From Lama glama (lineage: Eukaryota), in NCBI GenBank assembly GCA_028534125.1, contig CM052816.1:53384001-53448000 (forward strand): a DNA stretch of 64,000 nt, in the 5' to 3' direction. Below, one piece after another: positions 1 to 13,071 of this stretch. The translations under genes were made by a program, and so were the position numbers. The notes beneath the pieces are model-generated. The model worked only from the letters and a program-made list of their open reading frames with translations, was not told the DNA's origin and made no database searches. How positions within the stretch are numbered: position 1 is the first letter of the stretch; each line of letters begins with the position of its first letter.

Positions 1-2520
1 CCCCTGTACCTCAGAGCAGTTCCCAGTGGCCAGAGCCACTCCTTTTGTGCCCAGTGCTTCCGCTTCAGAAGGACATGCTGCTGGGAGCTTGCACGTTGTA
101 CCAGATGCTGTAGGTGTGAGTGGAAGGCCCAGGTAGGTTTGAGCACTGGAGCCATAGGAGGAAGACTCAGTCTTTACGCTGATAGATGCCGTTGGCTAGT
201 AAATCAGGGTCTCCACCACTCCGAGCCTCATTTTGAAAATTGCAGCCCTGCTTTCAGTGGCTCCAGACAAGTAAACCAAGTCGTGCAGTGTGCTGTGCCT
301 AGAGACCCACGGTGGCAAGCCACACTGCTGCTTTTAGGCTGGTGACTCAGAGCATTGCTGTTCGTTTATCTCCCTTATTTAACCTCCCAGTTAGTTCACA
401 AAAAGATTTACCATTGCAGGCAAGTTTAAAAATTTAGCATGGTTAGAGGAGATTAATTCAAGATGAAAAGTTGGCAAAGAGCATTTGTAAGGTCAAGATA
501 TTTTGTTTACATCCACAAACACTGGAGCGATGCCATTGTTTGCTGCTTGGTAGATTTCGTCCGCCCAACCCTGGCACAGCCTCCCCGCCTCCCAGCCTGG
601 CTGGGAGTGTTCGTTCTCTTTAAATTGACCTCAAGGCTTCACCACAAGCCTTGATGTCTTGAGGGTGATTGCCCTTCCTTTAGAACCCTTGGCACCCGAC
701 CACTTCCTTGTGGAATTTCTGTGTCACTTCCGAGGGAGAGAACAGTTCCTTCTGGAAACCTTCACAGGTTCACCAGCCTCCTGCTGAAGCTGACTCTGTA
801 CAGCGTCTCCTCCCACTGCTCCCCGGGAAACGTGCAGCGGACGTTCAGTCTCCTGGTGGGTCAGAAGACAAGCTGTAGTCTCACCCTGACTGATGACTAC
901 GGGAAGAGTCAGCAGGGTAATTGGTTTCTGCTCTGGATTACGGATCACAGGGCTTATTGATCTAAAGCTGCGGGCATTCTGCAGGCCGGAGGGGGGCCTG
1001 ACTCGGTCTGCATAGCAGCAAGAAGAGTGGTGACCGTTGGATAAATTATTAGAGCTTGAATAAAAAGGGCAGGCTTGATCTTGTACAGTGACGTTAATCA
1101 TTACTTCTGGTGACAGTCAGGCCTTGGGAAGTGGTCGTGTCATCGTGCCTGCGTAGTCTGGTGCTTAGACTTCGCACGGAGGGCTCCTCTTTGGCGCTGG
1201 TGTGGTTCCTTGTGTCCCTGTCCTCATACCCAGCACCAGCGTAGCGCTTTGGAAGTGAACGGTAAATATTATACTTGAACCCAAAACATTCTGTGTGAAA
1301 ACCATGCAAATTAGAAACAAATTCAGTTTTCAAGAATACATGTATGTTGATAAGAACAGTGTATTTGGAACATCTGGTTTCTTGAATTCATTTACACGTG
1401 GGGAAAACTTGATTATCCTCTTCAGGATTCTTGAAAGTACAAACAAAAGTGAGGTAGGAGTGCCTGACCTCCCAGCTGGGGGCTTTTATGAAGGGTAATC
1501 TAGAAAGCAAACCTTTTCGTGGAAAAGTATTTCGGTATTGCCTGTTCATGAAGTCACACTTTATTTATTTACTTATTTTATTGCATGTGACATAATTTCA
1601 ATTCAGTAGTTCTCTTTATCTTTTTTTTTCTCTTCTTTTTAAGCTATCTATGGTGATCTGTAACCACAGTGGCAGAAGAAGGCTAGTGGAGATATTTATA
1701 GCAGTGTTCTTGTTTACAGAATTAAATGCTGAAATGTGATGGAAATGTGATGTATTTGTAGGGTTCCACCTTACTATAAAAATTTTAATAAGTTAGTAGA
1801 TTCCTATTCATGATTTTCTTATTGTAAAGTGAAATCATAGTGTATATATACATTCATTAATAACTCCCCAAATAAGATATAAATCATGTAAGTACAGTTT
1901 TATAGGGAGTAGGGGTGTAAGAATCAAAGTTGGTAGTTGTTTTGCAAGCATCTTCCTCCTATTTTTATAACACAAATCAGAAAAGTCTTTGTTGTGCTTG
2001 TCTGCCCATCTGTCTTCTGTTTATCCCTTCTGTATTTCCTCTAGGTGATTTCCTCCCCTGTGGGCTCTTTCCCCAGCAGCAAGATTAGATCCCTGATCAT
2101 CACCCCAGTTTGATCGCCCCCTGTTTGTAAGGCCCCAGCCGTAGGGTCTTTATGAGAGGACCAAGTTCTTCAGTTGGGCCAGGGCCCAAAGATGTCTTGG
2201 TCTGTGTCTTTGGTCCTTCCTGGACCCCAGCTGTACCTAACAAGCAGCCCAGCTCACCTTGACTCTGAAGAGCAGGCATTTTCTGTAGCCTAAACATGTT
2301 AATGATTAAACACACAGGATTCGATTTTGTTCAGTGAGTAAGCAGCCAGTTTTAAGTATTTCACCAGTTAACAAACGTTAGAGAGCTATATTATATGTCA
2401 GGCTCTTTGGGGGACAGACTGTTCGAGAGGCAGCCCTTCTCAGCCCCATTTTGTCACAGGGGCCTTGGACTCTGTGTTTGGGCAGGATCTATGGTGGGGA
2501 AGACCCCGCCCTGGGTCACG

Positions 2521-2720
2521 CAGACTGGGGATCCAGTCCCCGCCTCCCACTCCCAGAATCCATGACCTTAAGCAAGTTACCAGTCTCTCCAGGCCTTAGT
2601 TTCCTCATCTGTGAAATGGAGATAATTGTACCCACTTTGTAGAATTGTTAACAATAGTGAAGGAGATGACCTACTTACGGCCCCTACTTAAGGTGTATGT
2701 GGAACACAGCTAGTGTTCAT
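2521..2720 (+). mobile_element. MIR SINE
   Basis: MIR core: catgaccttaagcaagttac...ccttagtttcctcatctgtgaaatggagataat. Confidence 0.85.
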
Positions 2721-3939
2721 TATCACCGCTGTCAACAAGTCAGCTTTATGTAGCCCAAGAGCTCTCAAAGTTTCTCCCGAATTGTTGCCCCTCAAGCCAA
2801 AGGTGCTCAAAGCATTTTGGTAGCTGCTGTTTTCAGCACGGGGTGCACTGAGCGCTGGTGCCAGCCACCCTGCCTGGATGGGAGCTCGCTGCTGTGTTCC
2901 TGGAGCCCCTTGCCTCGCTTGCCCTTTCTTCAGCCGGCAGCATCTGTAAACTGGCATTTCCCAGCGCTTCCTTTGCCTGCAGGATCAAAGGAGTTCTAGA
3001 GCGTGTATTTTGACATGAGGTAAAATTAATAGTCATTTAAAAGCGAAGTTAGTCCTGTGGTCAGAATCGTTAGAGGGTGTGTGTTTCTCTGGAGGGCTGC
3101 CTGCCCAGCAAGGGCTGTGCTCGGTGGCGATGTGCTGGGTGTGACAGCTAAGGTTCTCCCTCCTGAGGGACAATTTGAGTTGGAAAGGGGGATGCGAAAC
3201 CCCAAAATTGTATAAAAAGTGTTTATGTTCATCCTGGGAAAGTGACAACACATCACACGCTGTTAACGGGCCTGGTCCGCGCTGCAATTTGCACCAACCC
3301 AGCGATGTAATTTCACTGAGAGAATTGTGGTTTTACATGCCATGGATGGGTGTCATTGAAAGCTTGTTTTAAGAGGGAAATAGCAATTAATGCTAGAAGT
3401 AGGCAATAGCTTCACAAATTGATGGTGTATGAGACCCAATAAAAATGACTGTCAGAAGTTCCCCTAAAGATAAACATCGGGGTTTATAAATAGTGATTTG
3501 ATTTGTCAGTATAAACCAAAGTAAGACTGCCACAGACACAGCAGGGCATGCGAGAATGTTACTGCAGGGAAGAAAGTCAGTCCATGGGGCAGGCAGACCG
3601 GCATCTGTGTTGTCTCAGGACAGGTGGCAGAGGACCGGGGGGTGTGTGGTTGGATGAGGCTGTGTCTGTGTTCTGGCTGCTATTGTTCTCCTGCTGGGAG
3701 GTGACAGATGGGAGAGGCTGTGCTGAAAGAGCGCTGTTAAGCTGTAACTCGGGTTTGCTGGCACCCATGCATAAACATTTCAGCCCATTGTTTCAAGAAA
3801 CAGAAAGACCAGAGCCTAGGGAGCCCCCGAGTTCTGAATCCTTTTAAAGTTTGTTTTTTTTTGTTTGTTTGTCTATCTTATTACTGATGTGACTGGTCAT
3901 CTGAATTAAAAGTGACTCTTAAAAATCGAGTTAAAGAAC

Positions 3940-4140
3940 TAAACAAGGTCCTACTGTATAGCACCACCGTATAGTTGTATATTCTGTATTCAATACCCTG
4001 TAATAGCCTGCAGTGTAGAACTGAAACACTATGCTGTACACCAGAAGTTAACATGACGTTGTAAACCACCTATACTTCAATTAAAAAAGTAAAAATGCAA
4101 AAAAAATTTTTTTAATTAAAATTTAAAAAAATTAATTAAA
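3940..4140 (+). mobile_element. L1 3' end with A-rich tail
   Basis: aacaaggtcctactgtatagcac...tgctgtacaccagaagttaacatgacgttgtaaa..ctatacttcaattaaaaaa followed by an A-rich tail. Confidence 0.85.
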
Positions 4141-4349
4141 GAATGATTTCATGATGAGAATTATGATTTTCAGACTTTGAGGAGAACTCTTTTTTTTTTT
4201 AAATGAGATATTCCAGTGGAGCCACGGCATCTGTGCCTTTAATTCATAGAAATTCAGCTCTACATGCATGGTGCAAAAACAGGAGAGAGAAAGAGTGAAA
4301 ATAATGTGCAGCAATTTAACAGTCTGCTCAGTTAGTGTGCGCTTTAGAG

Positions 4350-4569
4350 CAGGACCTCTCAACCTTGCCCCCATGGACGTTTTTGTGCTGAATCATTCTT
4401 TGCTGTGGGCGCCGTCCTGTGTATTACAGGTTTTAACAGCATCTCTCACCTCTGCTGGCTAGATGCCAGTAGAAACCGCCACACCCCAGTTGTGAAGATC
4501 CAGGACGTCTCTAGACGTTGCCCCTTGTCCTGTGGGGAGAGGCCAGGTCATCCTGGCTGAGAACCCCTG
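4350..4569 (+). mobile_element. MER20-like hAT-Charlie MITE
   Basis: Degenerate TIRs (caggacctctcaacc / ggctgagaacccctg), internal ctagatgccagtag motif, 8-bp TSD ctttagag/ccttagag (4342-4349, 4570-4577). Confidence 0.85.
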
Positions 4570-5104
4570 CCTTAGAGTGAGCGTGATAGGAGGCACTTTC
4601 CACTCAGTGATCTGGGGTCCAGATCCTCTGTACGTCATCTTGTCTTACTGGGTATGACTGAGTTAAAATGATGTAAAAACTGAGACATAATAAGTGTAAA
4701 CTGCAAAAGATAACTCAGTCGATGCATTTAAAGCATTAGGGATTACACCTCAGTGAAATGTCTCCCAGGGAATTTTAAAAAAGCCAGCACCTTATAAAGA
4801 AAAGTGATTGGTCCATTTACACAGATCCTTGCCTTGTCAGTTCAGAATTTCTTGGAAATAGTGGGGCTCATGGCCAGTTCCTAAACCCCAAGTCTGCTTA
4901 TTGAGTCCAGATAATACCACTGGGCTGTTTCCCTGCTGTTTTCTGAAAAGCAGTCACTCTGGTTCCTTGATCTCAGGCCCAACATCCCCAAACAGGCCAT
5001 TCTGAATGGATACGCTCAAGGCTCAGTGCAAACTGCCTTTGTCAGAGCATTTGAATCATTTTTTATGTGATACAGCTGGAGAGGTTTTGGATTTTAAAGC
5101 AAGA

Positions 5105-5512
5105 TTCCTCTCCTTGAATCTGGGTGGGCTTGTCACTGCTGTCACCAGTAGAGTGTGACAGAAAGTGTCATCACGTGATTTCCAAAGCTAGTTCATAAAA
5201 GGCCATGCAGCTTCCGCCTTGTTGGTGGGAACACTGCTCTTCAAGTCCTGAGCCGTTGTTAAGAGATCTACCCTGTGGTCATCGTGGCAGGTGCTCCAGG
5301 GGACAGCCTCAGCTAGACCCAACCTTCCAGGCCCTCTTACTGACATAGGAATGAAGCTGTCGTGGACCTTCCAGGCTGCCCGTCCACCCACCACCTGACC
5401 CCCTCTGCCGTTGCCCTTGCCCTGGGGAGTAGAAGCAGCACTCAGCTGCTCCTTGCCCAGATTCCTGGCATCTCACAAAATGTGAGACGCTAAAAAGGCA
5501 TTGTTTTAAATG
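5105..5512 (+). mobile_element. MLT1-family (ERVL-MaLR) solo LTR
   Basis: ccttgaatctgggtgggcttgtcactgct, cataaaaggccatgcagcttcc, ccttgcccagattcctg...cacaaaatgtgaga are typical MLT1 motifs. Confidence 0.75.
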
Positions 5513-7894
5513 ACCCCTATAAAAATAAATCAACCATTTTGTCTAGTGCTCTACAAAAACTTACTCTAGAAGCTTCTTGAGAGATGGTTTCTTGGTCTCC
5601 CTAAAGAAGTTTTTAAGGGTAATTGTGACTGTGTACACGCCTTGCCTCACCCTGCCAACTTAAATGCCTCTCTGCCATAGTCTATTAAACTATCACAGAT
5701 TTTCATTTTAATAAATATTGCTTAGTAACAACTATTTAGCAAGTAAAAGTGAAATTTCTATGGTTTAATCTGGAGATGAGTGTCAGAGCCCTTGTCTTCC
5801 TCTGGTGCCTTATCTCAGGTTAATGTCCCACGTCAACTCTTTGAACCCTCCCTGAAGTGCACAGTTTGAAAAAGCTTTTAAATTATACTTATGAGATTAG
5901 ATCAGTTTGCCCTAAATCCAGTTCTGGGGTTGCATGCGCTCTGAAAGGTGTGTCTCCTGGAGGTGAACAGCGTTAAAGTGTAGGTTGAAAAATGGAATCT
6001 TTGGGAGTATCGATGCGTGTCTGTGTGCTTGTGAGCAGCCAGAATGTCTGTCCTTTAGGCCGACCTGGTTGAGGGGGAAAACAAACAACTATTTTCACTT
6101 ACCTCTTTCTTACAAGAGAGCTAATAGTGTCCTTGTAAATGTGAGGTTACTGGCATTTCTGAGAAAGCCTGGAAACAACACAATGCCCATCATTAGGAGA
6201 GACTTGTGATGCTTCAGATTTTGAGCCTACATAGCGAGTTCTCCTAGAAGCCAGGGTTTGCTTCAGGAAAGTTAGGATTGACAGTCCGCCTGCACAGCTT
6301 CTTTCTGCTTACTTAGGGCCGGTGGGCGAGGTAAGCTGCCCTTCCGGAGATGGTGCCCACATACAAGCAAGTCCAGGTTGTCAGGAGTGTGAGCACCCGG
6401 GACATCACCGCTGATGCTGATGCCAGCGAGAAGAGTCAGACTAGTATCAGGACCTGTTGGCTGGAATCTGGCAAGAAGAGCGATAGTTACCTTCCACCTA
6501 GGCAGACGGGCTGCCGGTGAAAATCGGGCTGCTTTAGGGAGAGCTGGGGGGTCACGCCCATTCTGAATCCCTCGTAGTGTCCTTTCCTTTTCTCGCTGTA
6601 CACAGTACACTGTCCGGGGATTAGAGGGGATGAGCATCTATTGGCAGGTTGTTCTGAAATCTGTATGAGACTACCTTGAAATTCTTGCCAAAATCCCTTT
6701 GTGGCTTTGTGATTTTTGCGTAAAATGTCTTCAGAAGCAATCTGTAGTCAGGATAATTATAAAGAAAACCTGAGAAAAGAGGTTTAGATTTTTCAGGGGA
6801 GTGGGAGAATGGGGAAGAGAGGAGCAGAGGGAAGAATGGAGGAGTGGGTGAGGGGGATGGGGTGGAGGATACAGTGTGACTGTTGTGGAAGTGTTCCTGG
6901 TCCTGAGAGCATGAGGACCATTGGGCATTTTTTATCCCGCGTCCCAGCACCACTTTGGAAAGGTGAGTGCTCTCTGTGTCATCATCTGGGGCACTTCCTT
7001 TGGCTGGTCTCCCAGCGTGTTGCCCCCACTGGATGGTAAAGAAGAGATGGCGGGCTCGGGAGTGGGCGTGGGGGTTGTATTTCTTGTCTCCATCAGCTTG
7101 GTCTTCTTAGTTCTCTCTATATTTTGGGAGCCAAACGAGTGGTTCCCCTTGTGCCAGAATATAGGTTCTTATTAATTGTAGCATGAAGGTTTGAATCCAA
7201 ATTTTATTTTTTATTTTAGGACAATCTGAGTTCTTTTGGGTTAGGCTGAACAAAAAAGGAAGGGCTTCTGTCTGTGCTCCCATCAAGAGGACAGCTCTGT
7301 AGCCTAGAGATTGTCTGGCAGGTCCTCAGTTAATTTGAAGTCTTGGGCTTAGAGTTTATGAAAGAACAGATTAAGAATGCCTACCATATATGGATTTGTT
7401 TTTAGAAAACAGTTTTCCATTAGCTGCTGAGTCCTGATGACTTTTCAAAAGTTTGGATTGTTTTTCATCTAATTGCCAGTTGAACAGTGCAGGGTTTGAG
7501 GCAGGAGAAGGGAGGAAATCTGGTAGGTGTCTTCCTTTTGTTTCTTTCTTCATCTACCTTTGCTTTCTAACAGGTATTTCTTTTTTAAATTTTCTAAATG
7601 TCCTTTTAATTTGCCTTTCTGTTTACTCTAATGGTTCTCAACTGAGGCAGACCTGAATTCCTCCTCCACACACCCTGGGTGTTTGGATCTGGGAGGGTAA
7701 TTAATCTGGCAAAGGCTTTTAGGAAATAGAGACCCGGGATCTGAAATGTCTGCGTTGGACCCCTCCTTAAATGTTAATTAATTCTGCCCACATTGTAGAA
7801 TGGAAGTCAAAGACTTTCCTGAAATTTATGATGGAGAGAGAATCTTGAACCTTGATATATAAACTGTGACTAGCTAAGATAAAATAAGCTAGTA

Positions 7895-8150
7895 GAGTTG
7901 AGTGGTTAAAAGGCCAGGCTTTGGAGCCAGACTTCCTGGGATTGAAACCAGCTCTAACATTTCCCAGCTGGACGATCTTTGGGACGTTAACCAGCTCTAA
8001 CATTTACCAGCTGGGTGAGCTTTGAGATGCTACTTGAAGTCTCTTTGCTGCAGTCCTCTCATCTGTAAATAGGAATGAATACCTTATAGGTTTTTGTGAC
8101 AATCAAATGGGTTAGAACAATACTTGGCATATTTTAAGTATTCGGTAGTT
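7895..8150 (+). mobile_element. MIR SINE with internal 43-bp tandem duplication
   Basis: gtggttaaaaggccaggctttggagccagac head and ctcatctgtaaatagg core; duplication at 7946-8031. Confidence 0.85.
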
Positions 8151-8438
8151 ACTACTTTCTGATAAAATATCATTCTAAATGATCCCAAGGCCTTCCCCCT
8201 ATTCCTAAATCTTTTAGTCTTTTGTTTTCTTTTTCTAAACATGAGCTATATTGATGTTCATGTGTTCATATATATAATTTACAGAACCAATGTAAATTTC
8301 ATCAGTTTTAAGGTCAAATATAACAAAATTATTTTAGAGTATTTCTTAAAGACTTAAAATGAGTCAAGAGTCTTGCGATAGAAACAATGTTTGTGTGCCA
8401 GATACCATGAGAGCACTTGTCTGCTTGGGACTGCTTTT

Positions 8439-8525
8439 TTTTTTTTTTTTGAGGTTCAAAATTCCCTTTTATTTATCTTTATTTGTTTGTTTTATTGAAG
8501 TACAGTCAGTTACAATGTGTCAGTC
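8439..8525 (-). mobile_element. Extremely 5'-truncated young L1 insertion with TSD
   Basis: Identical 19-bp TSD tctgcttgggactgctttt (8420-8438, 8526-8544), poly-T, L1 terminus tttattgaagtacagtcagttacaatgtgtc. Confidence 0.85.
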
Positions 8526-9129
8526 TCTGCTTGGGACTGCTTTTCTAATTCTAGAGGTGGGGATAGAAGGTAGATTCTTCTCCTTAAAATGAGTATGTTT
8601 TACCCAGTGCCTCAGATGTTCAGAGTATGAGTAATAACAAGCTTTCTTGACTTTCCCCACCCTCCTGAGACCCAGAGAAGGTGGGTAGAGTTATTTAGTT
8701 GCATTTGTCTGTTGGACCTTGCTTCCTAGGGGGCCAGCTAGAAATGGTCCTGATCCTTTTGCAAGTGCCCATGCAAAACCAGGCCAGTCTGCCCAGTGGC
8801 TTTGAGGGGGACCAGACTAGATTCAGGGCCAGCACTGTCCAGATATATTTTACTCATGAAGGCTTTTAAATCTTAGAGCTAAACCCCATCATCCACTAAT
8901 GTTTCTAACATGTTAGCATTGGCGCCCAAATCAGCATCAGTCAGAAAGTATTGTTTCTAAGTTCTGTTCTTCAACTGTTGTACTCTCTGGTGACCTAGGA
9001 AAGAAAGTGTTGTTATTAAATGGCATTTGCTTGGGGTATACTAGGCCCCAGGGAGAATGCCTACCAAGGCTCTCTTACATAGGGCAGCTGTTTACTCCTT
9101 CCTCCCAGTAATCCTTTAATGGTGATATT

Positions 9130-9350
9130 AACATCCTCATTGTGTACCTGATGAAACTGAGTCTAAGGTTTGACAACTACTTCCCCCAAGAAGTTTCCTA
9201 AAAACCTCTCCCCAAAAAACAACTTTCTCCCCAAAACAATTCCACCCCCAAAAAGTTTGACAGCTTTCCCAGGATGGTACAACCAGTAAGCAGTAGAACC
9301 AGATTTTGAACCACAGCTCTGCGTGATCCAAAGCTTGTTTTAAATCACTG
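9130..9350 (-). mobile_element. MIR SINE, interrupted by a degenerate tandem array
   Basis: gatgaaactgagtctaagg...ccagtaagcagtagaaccagattttgaacc. Confidence 0.65.
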
Positions 9351-9469
9351 CTCTGGCCTTCCTCTTAGTATGAAATAGACATGGAACAGAAGGATGGAAA
9401 TCACTGATGGTAGAAGGTTGGCTTTATGTAAACCGAAGACAGTGTTAATTAGCATCTGTGTTATGCCAG

Positions 9470-9592
9470 TCTTCACAGCCTCCCTATGGAGTATTAGATC
9501 CATTTTACAGATGAGGCAATAGAGGCTAAGTGAGTGTAAGAAACTTGTATGAATAACACAGCCTGCAGGTGACAAAGCAGAGATCTGAATCC
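9470..9592 (-). mobile_element. MIR SINE
   Basis: ccattttacagatgaggcaatagaggct core. Confidence 0.75.
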
Positions 9593-11189
9593 TTTTTTCA
9601 CCACACCATGCTGTGAAAAGGCTGGGAAGGTCTCATTGCCTAGTTACTTCCAGTCATCCCGTAGGGTACAAGGGACGATCATGGAATTATGAACCAGGAA
9701 AACCAAATATGTATGTTCCAAGTTTCTCATTGTCTTATAGAACCAACTGCCTTTATGTTGCATTCATTTCTCACCCAGGAAATTTACCCATAGCTAAAGA
9801 GAAAAATAGCCAACAAGGGAGGTAGAAGAACGCTGGCAAAAGAGGCATGACCTCCAAGTAGTTGATTCCATGGACTTGGTCTTATTCCTATGGCCTCTGC
9901 TCCTCAGAACCTGGAAAAGGGCCAGTGACAATTTGCATTCTTCACACCAGCAAATGTATCAGCTTCTGTGCACAACTGCCAGCCCCACTGAGCCTCCCCA
10001 TCCTTTTGGTGCTTTATCTGCCAGGAGGACCTCGGGATTGCCAGGTGTGCGTGTGGTGGAGCTCACTGGGGAGGAGAGGCTGGGATGAGTCTGTCTGTCC
10101 TCGAGCAATTAGTGGACCATCCTATGTGCATCATGAAGGCGGGCTCTTTGCTCAGCCTTAATTTATTAGGAAATTGCTCTCTCTCCAGCTCATTTGGTGC
10201 CAGCTTTAAGGGCACTGTAAATATAGAAACAAGTGCAGCTGTAAAATGGAGTCCAGTGCTTTTGATTCAGCCCCTGGCACCAGGCTTCTGAGCCATCATT
10301 ACAGGAGCTGCTTTCATAGAAGTAATGCTGGGTATTAGGGCAAGGAACGGGCAGCCTTTGTGTAGAGGAAATGTGCCGTGGGTAGGTAGCTGACTGCTTA
10401 TTAGTTTACTCTTCCAACCGAATTATTTTTGTTGCTGTTAAAAATTAATTTTAATAATTGGTTTTGGATCAAGCTGTTGAATAACTGAGCCAAGTTTTCA
10501 TGCCCAATGAACTTTTATAGCAAACTCTCCTCTCTTTATGGGCTTATTATGAGGATGATATTTGTAAAGCACTTTAACTGCTTAACAGGAGGCTCCGGAT
10601 AAATAGTGGTCATACTTTAAGAGTTTTGGAGGAATGATGACACAGCGGCATTCCACCTCTAAAAGATGCATGTCATGCTCTCCTACTAACCAATTGCCTT
10701 ATGGCTATTTTCCTATTTTTAATTTCTAAAGATCCATCTATGCAAAAGACTGGGAGTGATTTTTGTATTTCTGTAACTTTATTCAACTAGTTAAAAAAAA
10801 ACTTTTAATTTGAGAGGAGGTGTTTTCAGAGTACCAGCTTTTGAATACTAAGTAGATAGTAGGAAATGCTGTATTGTCAATGAACAGCTGCCTTTGCATT
10901 GGCTTGTAACAAAGTGTCTAGTGAAAGCACAGTCCTTTACTGTGGGTTTTTAAAGAGTGAAGCACCTATTGTGTCTGTGTGTGGTGTGTGTGTGGTGTGT
11001 GTATTCTAAGGGCTTGTCTGTACCACATGTGGGGAAAATGGAATTAGAAAAATACCCCCGCCCCCTTAGTGGCCTTAATACGTTCTGAGTTTTAATAATA
11101 AATTTTCAGTAAAATTGAAAGTTGGTTCTCACACATGATCCATTATACACACAGCAGCTGTCAGGATTGTTAAAAATGTAAATGAATAC

Positions 11190-11475
11190 ATTCATTCGTT
11201 GCTTAAAATCTTCCAGCCCTTTCCTGGGTGCACATAGGATAAAATCCAAATACCTTGTCAGTTCGCACAAGGATGGGTGTGGTTGGTCCTGGCGGTTTCG
11301 CCAGCCCCAGCTCGTCCTGCTTGAGCTCTGAGACCTGCTTTCCCAGCCGCAGCCACCAAGTTCCTGCCCTACTCAGGACATTCACGTGTGACAGTTTGAC
11401 CTGACGTGCTCTTGCCCTGCGCCTCGGGTGTGGCTTCCTGGATGTGGGGCTCAGCTCAGCACGACCTCCTCAGGC
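11190..11475 (+). mobile_element. L2 LINE fragment
   Basis: gcttaaaatcttccagc...aggataaaatccaaatacctt...ctcagctcagcacgacctcctcagg. Confidence 0.65.
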
Positions 11476-11978
11476 TGTGGTGTGTCAGTTACTGAGAAGA
11501 CAGCCCAGAAGCTGCCTGGAGCAGGGTCAGGTGGTGACTCTTACCCCATCAGGGTGTAGAGGCTGACACGAAATAGAGTTCAAGTCCCAAACTGGGCTCC
11601 ACTTTGGAAGTCTTCCTTCCGCGCCCCCGCCCACGCTGACCTTGCCCCACTCTGTCCTGCCCTCGGAGCCGGGTCGCAAGTTCAGAGCTGCCTGTGCTCT
11701 GCCCGGTCACAGGCAGGGACTGTGGTCCCTTGCTGGATGAACACTGGCATTATGTCTTGTTCGGTTTTAAAAACTAGTGCCTTGGAAGAATTTATACCCT
11801 TATCCAACTTTTTTTTTCCCCAGTAACTAAGCAATGAAAACTGAATCTGAGCTGCACCACTTAATTCTACTTCTCGCTTCTTGGGGAGAAACACTTACAC
11901 ATCCTGTTAATGCCTGCGCAGGGCTTCTTTCTTTAGGGCCTAATTCTATCTTCTGTTTGCCGCATGATAGATGTCAGA

Positions 11979-12478
11979 NNNNNNNNNNNNNNNNNNNNNN
12001 NNNNNNNNNNNNNNNNNNNNNNNNNNNNNNNNNNNNNNNNNNNNNNNNNNNNNNNNNNNNNNNNNNNNNNNNNNNNNNNNNNNNNNNNNNNNNNNNNNNN
12101 NNNNNNNNNNNNNNNNNNNNNNNNNNNNNNNNNNNNNNNNNNNNNNNNNNNNNNNNNNNNNNNNNNNNNNNNNNNNNNNNNNNNNNNNNNNNNNNNNNNN
12201 NNNNNNNNNNNNNNNNNNNNNNNNNNNNNNNNNNNNNNNNNNNNNNNNNNNNNNNNNNNNNNNNNNNNNNNNNNNNNNNNNNNNNNNNNNNNNNNNNNNN
12301 NNNNNNNNNNNNNNNNNNNNNNNNNNNNNNNNNNNNNNNNNNNNNNNNNNNNNNNNNNNNNNNNNNNNNNNNNNNNNNNNNNNNNNNNNNNNNNNNNNNN
12401 NNNNNNNNNNNNNNNNNNNNNNNNNNNNNNNNNNNNNNNNNNNNNNNNNNNNNNNNNNNNNNNNNNNNNNNNNNNNNN
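11979..12478. other. Assembly gap (500 N)
   Basis: Run of N; the round size suggests a placeholder length. Confidence 1.
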
Positions 12479-12479
12479 A

Positions 12480-12986
12480 AAAATTTTAAAAAAGAAGCAT
12501 CTAACCGATTTGTTTAAGTAGGTAAGTACCAACAACCTAGAAAGTATTTGTCCTAATAACTTAGTTGCCATTTGAAATGTAATACATATAAGTTGAGAAA
12601 AAGTGTATATTTTTCTCTTTATAAAATTTACTTCATTCTTAAATAACCACCATTATTTACCAGTGGAATGTGTCCACTCATTGGGCACTAAAACCTAGGT
12701 ATTAGATTGGCCACTCCCACCCTCATTTCTTGCTCCACACTGATTTTCAGATATGCTTGGCTTAGTATCAGAGCAACTGTTAAAAAAAAAAAAAAAAACT
12801 CGATTTCTCGCAAAGATAGTGTCATCAAAAGGAATATAGTACATCTGTGAATTAACTTGTCCTAGAAGTCTGTACAGAGTCCAACACTTCCCTGTGTTTT
12901 CCTTGCAATATTGAAATACTTCTCCATCCTCTTGTGAATTCACTGTGACTCTCCTGGGCACCTGAGCATGTAGTATGGGAAGCGGG
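12480..12986. mobile_element. hAT-Charlie DNA transposon remnant (Charlie4-like)
   Basis: cattcttaaataaccac..., agattggccactcccaccctcatttc, cgcaaagatagtgtcatcaaaaggaat and a terminus-like gtatgggaagcggg resemble the recalled consensus. Confidence 0.6.
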
Positions 12987-13071
12987 GTTAACCTGTATTT
13001 GTTCTCTGTAACTAAATCAGAGTTGCCTTAAGGGCCTGGTATTTAACTGCATTACCCAAAAGTTGCCTTCC

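Noticed and set aside
11834..12571. Longest ORFs in the track (172-227 aa)
   Set aside because: Artefacts of translating the 500-N gap.
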